Of a stretch of 64,000 bases of DNA, positions 28,921-40,654 are shown one piece after another (the first letter of the stretch is position 1; each line of letters begins with the position of its first letter). Both the position numbers and the translations under genes were made by a program. The notes beneath the pieces were generated by a model. That model saw only the letters and a program-made list of their open reading frames with translations, had not been told where the DNA came from and did not search any database. Origin of the DNA: an uncultured Bacteroidales bacterium (GTDB taxonomy: Bacteria; Bacteroidota; Bacteroidia; Bacteroidales; UBA10428); assembly GCA_964560225.1 (NCBI GenBank), contig CAZLLD010000004.1, positions 5,593 through 69,592 of the forward strand, read 5' to 3'.

Positions 28921-29856
28921 ATGACAGCTATGAAAATACTGGTAATTGGCAGTTCAAATACGGAAATGATTTTTATGTCTCCGGTCATTCCGGGTAAAGG
29001 TGAAACCGTAATGGGCACTTCGTTTGGCATGTCGCCGGGCGGCCGAGGTGTCAACCAGGCTATTGCAGCTGCACGAGCCGGTGGTGAAGTGGTTTTTGCA
29101 TGTCGAACCGGAAACGATATTTTTGGTGAGCATGTCATAGAGGTACTGCAACAGAACCACATCGACATTACAAACGTGATACGCGATGAAAAACTGGCTT
29201 CGGGGATTTCTTCGGTCATTGTGGATGCAGCCGGTAACAGCAGTATTACCATAACCCAGGGAGCCAATGCGAATTTGTCTGAGAAAGACCTGTTGAATGC
29301 TCACCTGGACATGAGTTCAGGTGATATCCTGTTGCTTCAGCTGGACATACCCGTTGAGACCATCAGGTTTGCTGCTGACATGGCCCGCTCCTCCGGAGCC
29401 CGTGTTATTCTTAACCCTGCACCGGCACTTCCCGTCAGCGATGAACTGCTCAAATCCATTTCCATTCTCACCCCCAATGCCTCACAGGCTGAAATCCTTA
29501 CTGGTATTACCATTACCGATGAGCGTTCGGCAGAACTGGCGGGACGGATCCTGCTTGAAAGAGGTCTTAGCCGGGTAATCATCACGCTGCGCTCAAAAGG
29601 AGCCATGGTGATCGACAATGGCGGAGCCGAACATGTGCCGGGCTTTGAAATGAACTCTGTGGATACTTCGGTTGTCAGCGATGTTTTTAACGGATCTCTG
29701 GTGGTAGCCCTTTCTGAAGGAAAGAACTTCTATGAAGCCGTATTGTTTGCCAATGCAGCAGCTTCTATTTCAGCCTCCCGGCCGGGAGCCCTTGCTTCTA
29801 TTCCGACACGCCAGGAGACTCTGGAATTGGTTAAAAAGGGGAAAAGGGTTTACTAA
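28921..29856 (+). CDS. rbsK: Ribokinase-like PfkB-family carbohydrate kinase
   Basis: ILVIGSSN..PGKGETV..GGRGVNQAIAAARAG and C-terminal VDTSVVSDVFNGSLV..AASISASRPGA parallel E. coli RbsK blocks. AAGD is replaced by VVSD, with the catalytic Asp retained. Confidence 0.75.
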   Translation: MTAMKILVIGSSNTEMIFMSPVIPGKGETVMGTSFGMSPGGRGVNQAIAAARAGGEVVFACRTGNDIFGEHVIEVLQQNHIDITNVIRDEKLASGISSVIVDAAGNSSITITQGANANLSEKDLLNAHLDMSSGDILLLQLDIPVETIRFAADMARSSGARVILNPAPALPVSDELLKSISILTPNASQAEILTGITITDERSAELAGRILLERGLSRVIITLRSKGAMVIDNGGAEHVPGFEMNSVDTSVVSDVFNGSLVVALSEGKNFYEAVLFANAAASISASRPGALASIPTRQETLELVKKGKRVY

Positions 29857-29857
29857 A

Positions 29858-29952
29858 GCTGTTAGCCTTTTGCCATTAGCCGTTAGCCAAAATCCATTGG
29901 CCAACGGCTAATAACCAACAGTCAACAACCAACAGCCAACAGCCAACAGCTA
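29858..29952. repeat. Low-complexity intergenic module (GTTAGCC words, (CCAACAG)n) directly downstream of the rbsK-like stop
   Basis: gctgttagccttttgccattagccgttagcc...ccaacagtcaacaaccaacagccaacagccaacagct. It is related to 3733..3845. Confidence 0.7.
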
Positions 29953-30043
29953 CTCCTGAGAAAAGTAAGGTAAATACTTGAAATTTATCATGGTATAGTT
30001 AAATATTATTGATCAACTTTAACTATTACTTAAAACTTGAATC

Positions 30044-31381
30044 ATGGATGTTAATCGAATCATTCAGGACCTGGAGCAAAGAAATCCGGGTGAAATAGAA
30101 TACCTGCAGGCAGTGCGCGAAGTTCTCGATTCTATTGTTGATGTTTACAACCGAAATCCCCACTTCGAAAAAGCCGGAATTGTGGAACGGCTTGTGGAAC
30201 CCGACAGGGTGCTGACCTTTAAGGTTCCCTGGATGGATGATGAAGGCAATGTGCATGTTAACCGCGGTTACCGGGTTCAATTCAACAACGCGATCGGACC
30301 CTATAAAGGCGGTCTGAGGTTTCACCCCAGTGTGAACCTGAGTATTCTGAAATTCCTTGGCTTCGAACAGATATTTAAAAACAGCCTTACTACATTACCC
30401 ATGGGAGGCGGGAAAGGCGGATCCGATTTCCAGCCGAAAGGCCGGTCGAATGCTGAAATTATGCGTTTCTGCCAATCATTTATGCTTGAGCTGTGGAAGG
30501 TGATCGGACCCGAAACTGATGTTCCGGCCGGAGATATCGGCGTGGGTGCGCGTGAAATTGGATATTTGTACGGCATGTACAAAAAACTCACCAACACAAA
30601 TACAGGCGTTCTTACAGGCAAGGGAATCAACTGGGGCGGAAGCCTGATCCGGCCCGAAGCCACAGGATTCGGCGCTGTTTACTTTGTGCAGGAGATGATG
30701 GGAACCCGCAATGAGAAACTGGCGGGGAAAAGAGTCGCAGTTTCAGGATTTGGCAACGTGGCCTGGGGTGCCACCAAAAAGCTGAATGAGTTGGGCGCCA
30801 AAGTAGTTACCCTGTCTGGTCCCGATGGTTATATTTATGACGAAGAAGGTGTTTCGGGTGAGAAAATCGATTATATGCTTGAACTCAGGCTTTCCAATGA
30901 AGATATCATCGAACCCTATGCCCGCAAGTTCAAAAGTGCAGTTTTTGTAAAGAACAGGCACCCCTGGGAAGTGAAGTGTGATATCGCCATGCCCTGTGCC
31001 ACACAAAATGAACTCGACGAGAAAGATGCCATTAACCTGGTAAACAATAACTGTCAATGTGTATGCGAGGTGGCCAACATGCCCTGCGTTCCCAAAGCCA
31101 TTGAAATTTTCCAGAACCAAGGACTGTTGTTTGCCCCCGGAAAGGCTGCTAATGCAGGTGGCGTGGCAGTGTCGGGACTGGAAATGTCGCAAAACGCGAT
31201 GAAGCTGCGCTGGGCGACTGATGAGGTGGATAAACGACTCCATGAGATCATGAAAGCTATTCACGAGTCATGCGTTACACAGGGTACCCGGATCGACAGC
31301 TATATTGACTATGTAAAAGGAGCCAATGTGGCAGGTTTCCTCAAGGTTGCCAATTCCATGATCGACCAGGGCGTGATTTGA
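30044..31381 (+). CDS. gdhA: NADP-specific glutamate dehydrogenase
   Basis: LPMGGGKGGSDF catalytic Lys block, GFGNVAWG dinucleotide fold. At 445 aa the length is typical. Confidence 0.95.
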   Translation: MDVNRIIQDLEQRNPGEIEYLQAVREVLDSIVDVYNRNPHFEKAGIVERLVEPDRVLTFKVPWMDDEGNVHVNRGYRVQFNNAIGPYKGGLRFHPSVNLSILKFLGFEQIFKNSLTTLPMGGGKGGSDFQPKGRSNAEIMRFCQSFMLELWKVIGPETDVPAGDIGVGAREIGYLYGMYKKLTNTNTGVLTGKGINWGGSLIRPEATGFGAVYFVQEMMGTRNEKLAGKRVAVSGFGNVAWGATKKLNELGAKVVTLSGPDGYIYDEEGVSGEKIDYMLELRLSNEDIIEPYARKFKSAVFVKNRHPWEVKCDIAMPCATQNELDEKDAINLVNNNCQCVCEVANMPCVPKAIEIFQNQGLLFAPGKAANAGGVAVSGLEMSQNAMKLRWATDEVDKRLHEIMKAIHESCVTQGTRIDSYIDYVKGANVAGFLKVANSMIDQGVI

Positions 31382-31446
31382 AGGTTTTTTCCTGTTGACG
31401 CTTTTCACTGAGGTTAACAGGAAAATCAAAATGTACAGGAAAGAAA

Positions 31447-31484
31447 AGACCTCTCCGCTTCCGGGAGAGGTCTTTCCGTTTTTT
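31447..31484 (+). terminator. Rho-independent terminator downstream of gdhA
   Basis: agacctctcc(gcttccg)ggagaggtct stem-loop followed by ttccgtttttt. Confidence 0.7.
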
Positions 31485-31529
31485 AGAAAAATTGTCTGCT
31501 TTGTACTTGCACCTGACTAAAAGTTTTCG

Positions 31530-31537
31530 TAAATTTG
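31530..31537 (+). promoter_or_regulatory. Candidate Bacteroidota -7 box (TAnnTTTG)
   Basis: TAAATTTG lies 46 nt upstream of the ATG at 31583. Confidence 0.35.
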
Positions 31538-31582
31538 ATTAGTATTAAAAGAGAGTTATTCTTTCAGGATAATAATTCAGAT

Positions 31583-32026
31583 ATGGAAACAGAACAAATC
31601 AGGAAGAGCCTGGTGACTAAGGGACTGAAGGTTACTCCACAGCGAATGGCCATATTCGAAGCCATCATTGTGTTGCACAACCATCCCACTGCCGACAATA
31701 TCATTGAATACATCCGGGACAAATACCCGAATGTGGCCACAGGCACAGTTTACAAAGTGCTGGATACCCTGGTTGAAAATGAGCTGATCAAAAAGGTGAA
31801 AACCGATCGTGATGTGATGCGTTATGAAGCAGAACTGGATGAACATCATCACCTGTATTGTTGCGAATCAAACCGTATTGAAGATTACCGTGATGAAGAA
31901 CTGAACACATACCTGGAAAATTATTTCAGAAAAAAAGCCATTCCGGGTTTTACTATTAAAGACATCAAGCTGCAGATTAACGGCAGGTTTACGGATGAAG
32001 TCAAATCAAAAACAATTTTCAAGTAA
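31583..32026 (+). CDS. Fur-family transcriptional regulator (PerR-like by context)
   Basis: TPQRMAIFEAI..HPTADNI..ATGTVYKVLD winged helix; a HHHLYC..C metal site. It lies 18 bp upstream of a peroxiredoxin gene. Confidence 0.85.
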   Translation: METEQIRKSLVTKGLKVTPQRMAIFEAIIVLHNHPTADNIIEYIRDKYPNVATGTVYKVLDTLVENELIKKVKTDRDVMRYEAELDEHHHLYCCESNRIEDYRDEELNTYLENYFRKKAIPGFTIKDIKLQINGRFTDEVKSKTIFK

Positions 32027-32044
32027 TCAATAAAACAAGCAATT

Positions 32045-32752
32045 ATGGAAGAAGTAAAAGTGATCACGTTACCACGCATCGGTGAAAAGGCACCGGAATT
32101 CGAAGCAGTTACCACTCAGGGAAATATCAAATTTCCGGGTGATTATAAAGGCAGTTGGGTTATTCTGTTCAGTCACCCTGCCGATTTTACACCGGTGTGC
32201 ACCTCTGAGTTCATGACATTTGCCACCATGGAATCGCAATTTGCCGAAGCCAATTGCAAGCTGGTGGGACTTTCAGTTGACGGTCTTTACAGCCACATTG
32301 CCTGGCTGCGCACCATCAAGGAAAAGATCCAGTACAAGGGGATGAAGGATGTTGAGGTAAAATTCCCGCTTATCGAAGACATCACCATGGAAGTAGCTAA
32401 AAAATACGGCATGATCCAACCCGGCGAAAGTTCAACAAAAGCTGTACGTGCTGTATTCTTCATCGATCCCAAAGGTATGATCCGCACGATGATTTATTAT
32501 CCGCTAAGTTTGGGCCGAAATTTCGATGAGCTTTACAGAGTGCTGATTGCTTTACAGGCTGCTGATGAGTTTGGCGTGGCCATGCCTGCCGACTGGCGTC
32601 CGGGCGACGATGTCATTGTTCCAACCGCCGGTTCATGCGGTGTGGCCAAGGAACGTATGGAAAGCAAGGGGGAAATGACCTGCTACGACTGGTTTTTCTG
32701 CACCAAAAAACTGGATAAGGACACAGTTATGAAGAAAATTCTGAAGAAATAA
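32045..32752 (+). CDS. Peroxiredoxin (Prx6 / 1-Cys-like AhpC/TSA family)
   Basis: FSHPADFTPVCTSEF peroxidatic Cys motif. The long C-terminal extension is typical of Prx6-type enzymes. Confidence 0.9.
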   Translation: MEEVKVITLPRIGEKAPEFEAVTTQGNIKFPGDYKGSWVILFSHPADFTPVCTSEFMTFATMESQFAEANCKLVGLSVDGLYSHIAWLRTIKEKIQYKGMKDVEVKFPLIEDITMEVAKKYGMIQPGESSTKAVRAVFFIDPKGMIRTMIYYPLSLGRNFDELYRVLIALQAADEFGVAMPADWRPGDDVIVPTAGSCGVAKERMESKGEMTCYDWFFCTKKLDKDTVMKKILKK

Positions 32753-32780
32753 AAAGAGTTAGAGTTACTCCTTAATTAAA

Positions 32781-32807
32781 AAGGGGCGGAATTTCCGCCC
32801 CTTTATT
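32781..32807. terminator. Bidirectional rho-independent terminator between convergent genes
   Basis: aaaa-ggggcgg(aattt)ccgcccc-tttatt, a GC-rich 7-bp stem flanked by A and T runs. Confidence 0.7.
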
Positions 32808-32825
32808 AATTGAAATCTGGTTATT

Positions 32826-33893
32826 TTACTCTTTTAGATAACCCACCTCACGATAATACTTCTCGGCTCCCGGATGCAACGGAACTCCATAGTTTTGCCA
32901 AACAGTTCTTATATCGTAGGTATATATTCTGATGAACCATTTCAATGCACCGTGATGCTCGTCGATGGCTTTTGCCAGGTCGTATGCTGCCTGATCGGGT
33001 GCATCATCGCGGATAAAAAATGCTTCACCCGAACGGCCTACTGTTTTGATCCTCCGATCTACTCCTCTTAACAAACTGTGATAGGCTGTGACCAATTCGG
33101 CATCTACATTCTGGTCCTTAATAATTTGCAACAAATCATCGGGCAGTTGAAAAAAGTACAAATCAAATTTCTGACTGATTATGGTCCATTCGTGCGATTC
33201 AGGGTTCAGTGCAGGACTGGCCAGAAACCCCGATAAAATATCAAAATCTCCGTTAATGGCCTCACCTGTCGAAACACCCATCTTGCCTCCCCATAACTTA
33301 ATGTCATCTGGTGTTATCCCATAGTATTTGAGGATTGCCATCATGTTTCCATCGCTTCCTGCAATCCGCACAGGTAATTTTTGTTCCTTAATTTGTTTGA
33401 AGTCTTTGATTCCGGATTCTTTTTTAACAGCTACCAAAAAATAGAACGGATCTTCAAGCTTTGCAATCAGGCGCAGGTTTTTATAGGGTCCGCCACCGGC
33501 CAGTGATTTGTGATATGCCGCACTGAGCATGGCACTGGAAGTAACGCCAAAATCAACCTGTGCATTTATTCTGGTATTGACTCCGTCATGCAGGTTAATT
33601 TCGTCCAGTGGCGGAGGATAAGCGTTCTTTGAAACCAGTCCCGGGCCATAGGAACGGTTGCAGTTTCGGCAAAGGATAATGGAATATCCATAAGGCTTCA
33701 TCGCTTCCTGCACAAAGTTGCCCAGTTCTCCCCATGGACATCCGCATTCACAGGCGGCTGCCATTACCGGACGTTTTACATCCCATCCCGTCTGGCCGAC
33801 GTCGATATCTTCCTGGGAATATGCCAGTAGTGATGATAAAATGAGTAGGGCAGGCAGTAGTATTTTTCTTTCTGACTTTTTTAATGCTTTCAT
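32826..33893 (-). CDS. TAXI-family (TRAP-type) periplasmic solute-binding protein, orphan
   Basis: Signal peptide present. The C-terminal VPLHPGAEKYYREVGYL matches the characteristic TAXI C-terminus, and the fold-length is consistent. No DctQ/M permease gene is nearby. Confidence 0.55.
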   Translation of the reverse strand: MKALKKSERKILLPALLILSSLLAYSQEDIDVGQTGWDVKRPVMAAACECGCPWGELGNFVQEAMKPYGYSIILCRNCNRSYGPGLVSKNAYPPPLDEINLHDGVNTRINAQVDFGVTSSAMLSAAYHKSLAGGGPYKNLRLIAKLEDPFYFLVAVKKESGIKDFKQIKEQKLPVRIAGSDGNMMAILKYYGITPDDIKLWGGKMGVSTGEAINGDFDILSGFLASPALNPESHEWTIISQKFDLYFFQLPDDLLQIIKDQNVDAELVTAYHSLLRGVDRRIKTVGRSGEAFFIRDDAPDQAAYDLAKAIDEHHGALKWFIRIYTYDIRTVWQNYGVPLHPGAEKYYREVGYLKE

Positions 33894-34050
33894 AATACAC
33901 TTTTAATAGGATTCGTAATCTAAAAATACGATTAAAAGAGAACACCATGATAAAAAAATTCCTGTATACTCAACATACAATAACAAATTCTTCGGCATGA
34001 TGCTCGAATATTCACTAAATCAACCAGGAACAATGTCCCCCTTTGGAGGG

Positions 34051-34071
34051 CCTGCCTGCCGGCTAGGCAGG
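34051..34071. repeat. CCTGCCTGCC-loop-GGCAGG palindrome copy
   Basis: cctgcctgccggctaggcagg, flanked by tccccc/ggggga. Confidence 0.7.
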
Positions 34072-34100
34072 GGCAGGGGGAGGAAGAGTGCAAATCTGTT

Positions 34101-34661
34101 TTAGTCCTTTTTCACTGCATCGCAAATGATTACCAATTGCTCCCACCTTTTTTTCCATTGCTTTTGCTGAATCCTGGTTGTATAAATTTCCAGGTCAGCC
34201 TTTGGCGTGGGTCTTACAACCAGCTGAAATAAATCTTCAAGCCCGTAAGGAGCCATGTATTCAATCCGCCCCTCATCTGATAGCCTTACAGCCACTGAGG
34301 TCGCTGTTTCGGGCCACCACGACAGCGCATCACAACAATCTTCATAGGGCAGGTGGCTGTTCTTTACATGCATACGGGCCTGGTTTTTTACCGACCAGTT
34401 AACATCCGGGGCCATCTCAGTCAGTCTGTTTTCAAAGACCATGTCATCATTTTCAGAATCCCTGGTTTTGTCGAAATAAATCACATCCAGGTCGTTGAGC
34501 CGGCTCCGGTTTTTCCCATGCTTTACATCCCATATTTTGTTGCGCACAAATCCGGCACCAATCCAGCAATCACATAGCCCCAGGCCCCTGACAACTTCCA
34601 GCTTTTCCATCATCCAGGAATCCCGGGCAATTATTTCTATAAGTTCTTGGCCGTATTTCAT
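34101..34661 (-). CDS. Nucleotidyltransferase family protein (NTP_transf_6 / DUF925-like)
   Basis: CWIGAGFVRNKIWD...LNDLDVIYFD blocks match the remembered family pattern. Confidence 0.6.
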   Translation of the reverse strand: MKYGQELIEIIARDSWMMEKLEVVRGLGLCDCWIGAGFVRNKIWDVKHGKNRSRLNDLDVIYFDKTRDSENDDMVFENRLTEMAPDVNWSVKNQARMHVKNSHLPYEDCCDALSWWPETATSVAVRLSDEGRIEYMAPYGLEDLFQLVVRPTPKADLEIYTTRIQQKQWKKRWEQLVIICDAVKKD

Positions 34662-34790
34662 AAATAAATGAGAGCTACCGCAACCTAATGGCCATTGATA
34701 CTGGTCGTAACGATCGCCTTTACAAGCCGGAACAGTTTATCCAACTTCCTTTGTACACTTTGTTACCTCTACATGCAGGTCCCGGTTAAG

Positions 34791-35579
34791 TTAGTTGAAC
34801 TTCTCAATATATTTCATGTATTCCTTTTCGATTGTTGCGAAGTCTTTTCCGGTTAATTCGGGCATGGCTTTTATGATTTTTCCGGCCTTCAACGGATAAA
34901 TTGCATTTGTTGTTGCTACTCCGTAGTTTTCCATGAGCCATTTAATAAAGTAACCGGCCTGAGGATAGAACAAATCATCATGAATCCTGTCTCCTTCTTT
35001 TAACATTTCAGCAGGAGAAAGTATTTTATTCTCTTTGGCCAGATCCATCATCCATTGATCCAGGGATGTCCCCACTATCTTTCCATCTTCCGTTATATGC
35101 AGCTTGTACCCATTGGAAAGGGCGTTTGCATATCCTTCATTCATCAGGTGTGTCTCCGGATATCCCAATACATTGCCCGCAGCAATGTGCACCATTTCAT
35201 GTAATCCCATAAAATCATCCATTTTGTCCGCGAACTCCTTGTTGAAGGCAAAGTACATTTCACGGATCTTAACCCGGGCACCACCTCCTGAATTGGTTCC
35301 GATCTTTGTTTTGGCCTCATCGTGATTGAACAGGTAGATTTTCACTTCAGCATCAAAATCAGTTTTCAGGGTGTTATTGATGATCCCAACATCATTTACC
35401 TGAGCTGTGAGTATTTTGGTAATATCTGATGAGTCCGGTGAGGGGGTGTTGCTGAAACCTGTCGGGCGGGTGTATAAAGTGATATTTCCCAGGCGGTTTT
35501 CGATCCAGGGCCCATTTAAATCAAATTTAAAGCCAGCGCACAAAATCAGGCAGACCAACAGGGGTGTATAATGTTTCAT
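34791..35579 (-). CDS. Hypothetical secreted protein with HExxH zinc-metallopeptidase motif
   Basis: Signal peptide MKHYTPLLVCLILCAG. GLHEMVHIAAGN (HExxH) with a downstream NEGYA. Confidence 0.45.
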   Translation of the reverse strand: MKHYTPLLVCLILCAGFKFDLNGPWIENRLGNITLYTRPTGFSNTPSPDSSDITKILTAQVNDVGIINNTLKTDFDAEVKIYLFNHDEAKTKIGTNSGGGARVKIREMYFAFNKEFADKMDDFMGLHEMVHIAAGNVLGYPETHLMNEGYANALSNGYKLHITEDGKIVGTSLDQWMMDLAKENKILSPAEMLKEGDRIHDDLFYPQAGYFIKWLMENYGVATTNAIYPLKAGKIIKAMPELTGKDFATIEKEYMKYIEKFN

Positions 35580-35762
35580 GATGAAAAGCAGACATAGTCG
35601 GGTGCAAGGTAGTCAAAAGCACGGATCGGAGCAACCGCAATTATTGACATATCTCAATAAGGTGGCGTTTCAAAAAAGGACAGAATAGAAACAACATTTT
35701 GGAACCCATTTTCATTTCTATCCGTAAATATCATTATTAACAACCAAACGTCAGAACGAGTT

Positions 35763-36920
35763 ATGAATTTTATTACCAGTAATTTAATAAGCGTAGTTTT
35801 GGCAAGCATTGCTGCTGCCTTACTTTTGAAAAGAGCATTTAAAAACTCTGTATTTATAAAGGTGGGCATCATTTGGTTGTTTAACCTTCTGTTTATCATG
35901 CTTACTGTTGGAGTCAAATACAAGTATTTTGACGGACATACGGGTATTAATATTTTAATTGCCGTGGGAAATATACTGGTCAGTATTGCGTGTTTCTTTT
36001 ATGGCGGTAAATTAGTAGTACGGCCCCTTTCAAGTGCTGTTGATAAGCTCGGAGAGTTGGCTGAAGGTAATCTTGATGTAAAAATTGAAAACTTTGGTGT
36101 TAACAAGACACATGACTTGGGACGATTAATTGTGGCCAGTGAAAAGATTAAAAAGAATCTTACCATGGTGGTATCGCAAATCAATGAAAATGTAAGCCAG
36201 CTGGATACCTCCGGGCAAAATTTGAATTCAGTATCAAAACAGTTGTCAGAAAGTACTTCGGAGTTATCTCTTTCTGTTGAACAGGTTTCCTCATCAATGC
36301 AGCAGATGACTGCCAATATTGAACAAAATAAAGTGAATGCGCAGCAAACCGGTTTGATCTCCACACATCTGTCAGAAAGTGTGCGATTAGTGGGCACTTC
36401 GTCAAAGGAAAGCCTGAACTCCATTCAGGTGATTGCAGATAAAATCAGCATCATCAACGACATTGCTTTTCAGACCAATCTGCTGGCTTTAAATGCAGCT
36501 GTAGAAGCCGCCCGGGCAGGAGATCAGGGAAGAGGCTTTGCTGTAGTGGCAGCAGAGGTGAGAAAATTGGCTGAAAGAAGCAAAACTGCCGCCGATGAGA
36601 TTGTGTCGCTCGCATCTGACAGTGTGCGCATTACTGAAAATTCCAGTCAGCTTCTTGATGCGCTGATACCCGAAATCATCAAAACTACCGGTATGGTGGA
36701 GGAAATCAGCGCATCCAGTCACGAGCAAGCGTCTGGTGCCAATATGATCAATGCAGCAGTGCAACAATTAAATAGTGTAACACGGCAGAACATTTCGGCC
36801 AGTGAAGAGATGGCCAATGGATCAGAAAGGCTTAACGAACTGGCTAAGCAATTACAGGATATTATTCAGTATTTCAAACTTGACGAGAATCAAGTGTCGA
36901 AAATAACTTCATCCAACTAA
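35763..36920 (+). CDS. Methyl-accepting chemotaxis protein (TM region, HAMP, MCP signalling domain)
   Basis: Highly conserved hairpin tip [39 protein letters not shown]. The N-terminus has hydrophobic helices. Confidence 0.85.
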   Translation: MNFITSNLISVVLASIAAALLLKRAFKNSVFIKVGIIWLFNLLFIMLTVGVKYKYFDGHTGINILIAVGNILVSIACFFYGGKLVVRPLSSAVDKLGELAEGNLDVKIENFGVNKTHDLGRLIVASEKIKKNLTMVVSQINENVSQLDTSGQNLNSVSKQLSESTSELSLSVEQVSSSMQQMTANIEQNKVNAQQTGLISTHLSESVRLVGTSSKESLNSIQVIADKISIINDIAFQTNLLALNAAVEAARAGDQGRGFAVVAAEVRKLAERSKTAADEIVSLASDSVRITENSSQLLDALIPEIIKTTGMVEEISASSHEQASGANMINAAVQQLNSVTRQNISASEEMANGSERLNELAKQLQDIIQYFKLDENQVSKITSSN

Positions 36921-36922
36921 AG

Positions 36923-38122
36923 TTACTCCTGCTGGTTCCGCCACAGGTTGGGCAGAAACCGGTAATAAAGCAGGTGGCGCCAGGTAGCCCAGTCGTGACC
37001 ACCCTTTCCGCCTACATAGTACTCATGTTTGATGTTGTGATTGATAAGTGCCTCATGCAAAGCGGTGCAACGCCTGCCCATAAATCCTTTGGCTTCTTCG
37101 GTTCCCTGGCCAACAAACAGGTAAGCTACTTTTTTGTTGACATCGGGGTCGTTCAGAAAACCGGCCAGTGATTTTTCTGCATCCACATCACCGGCACTCA
37201 GTATGCCGAAGGAGGCAAACAGGTCGAGTGACCGGAAGCCGACATACATGGAGTGTCTTCCACCCATTGACAAACCTGAAATAGCTCTTCCGCGGGGATC
37301 CTGCTGAACGCTGTAAGCTTTTTCAACTACAGGGATCACATGGTTCCGCAATTCTTTCTCAAAAATATCAAAGGTGAGTTCGGTATGTTTGGGATGGTTG
37401 CGGTGAATCACCTGGTTGTTGGGAATGGCGATCAGCATGGGAACGGCTTTGCCTTCGGCCAGCAGGTTGTCCATAATCAGGTTCACGCGGCCGTCGTATA
37501 CCCAGTTTGACGGCAATTCGCCGCTACCTCCAAGAAGATATAACACCGGGTATTTTTTAGCGGGATCATAACCCGGGGGAGTGTACACATACAATTCCCG
37601 TTCGCCACCGGTTACATCGGAATGATAAATATGCCTTGTGACATTTCCATGGGGTACGTTGCGGGCATCATAATAAGCCGGACCGTCGCCGTGAACAATC
37701 AGCTCACTGTATGGCGGCATGGCTGTAAAAGCTGCATAGGTATTGCTGGGATCAGCAACCTGCACGCCATCAATAATCAGGTGATAGGCATACATGTCGG
37801 GCTCAAGCGGGCCAATTGTTAACGTCCAGATACCATCGGTGCCTTTCGTAAAGGGCACCGGTTCATTTCCTTTTCCCAGTGCAGTCAGAATGGCAACGCC
37901 TGCTAGTTTTACTTCCTGCGCCATAGGAGATTTAACCCGAAATATGACGGTGCGGTCATCTTTCACTTCAGGTGAATTGATGGGTGCGCTGAAGGGGATC
38001 AGCCCTTCTGTATTCTTCTGGGGATTGTAATCGAGATTCACATTGGCCTGCTGCCCCGTGCACCAGGTTGAAATACTCATCAGGGCCACAACGCTCATGA
38101 TGAAAAGGTTGCTGATTTTCAT
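36923..38122 (-). CDS. Carbohydrate esterase (CE1-like 'putative esterase' fold with N-terminal Ig-like domain)
   Basis: Signal peptide, YPVLYLLGG, nucleophile elbow GLSMGG, C-terminal HDWATW. Confidence 0.8.
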   Translation of the reverse strand: MKISNLFIMSVVALMSISTWCTGQQANVNLDYNPQKNTEGLIPFSAPINSPEVKDDRTVIFRVKSPMAQEVKLAGVAILTALGKGNEPVPFTKGTDGIWTLTIGPLEPDMYAYHLIIDGVQVADPSNTYAAFTAMPPYSELIVHGDGPAYYDARNVPHGNVTRHIYHSDVTGGERELYVYTPPGYDPAKKYPVLYLLGGSGELPSNWVYDGRVNLIMDNLLAEGKAVPMLIAIPNNQVIHRNHPKHTELTFDIFEKELRNHVIPVVEKAYSVQQDPRGRAISGLSMGGRHSMYVGFRSLDLFASFGILSAGDVDAEKSLAGFLNDPDVNKKVAYLFVGQGTEEAKGFMGRRCTALHEALINHNIKHEYYVGGKGGHDWATWRHLLYYRFLPNLWRNQQE

Positions 38123-38242
38123 GTGGTTTGTTTATCTGGTTGTTTTATAAACTGCGTGCCCGGCTTTTTTAAACCGGGCAATACAGTTTCACTAAAGGTA
38201 AAGTTATTAAAACCAAAGATAAGTTTTTTTCCGAAATGTGCA

Positions 38243-38290
38243 GTCATTATGAACGATGTGAAGCCTGCCGGCAGGCAGGCTCACAATGAC
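38243..38290. repeat. REP-like hairpin (GTCATTATGA...CCTGCCGGCAGGCAGG...TCACAATGAC)
   Basis: Read directly, between two esterase genes. Confidence 0.7.
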
Positions 38291-38300
38291 GACCGCTTGG

Positions 38301-40631
<2,331 letters not shown>

Positions 40632-40654
40632 TTAATTAATAATTGGTATCTTAT

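Noticed and set aside
28921-29856. The ribokinase-like protein has VVSD in place of the usual AAGD/GAGD anion-hole motif, which could indicate inactivity.
   Set aside because: The catalytic Asp and the surrounding blocks are retained. The substitution is not sufficient evidence of altered function without an alignment.
31538-31582. Possible PerR/Fur box upstream of the Fur-family gene (AT-rich ..caggataataattcag..).
   Set aside because: Only a weak partial dyad is present. I could not match a defined Fur/PerR consensus by eye.
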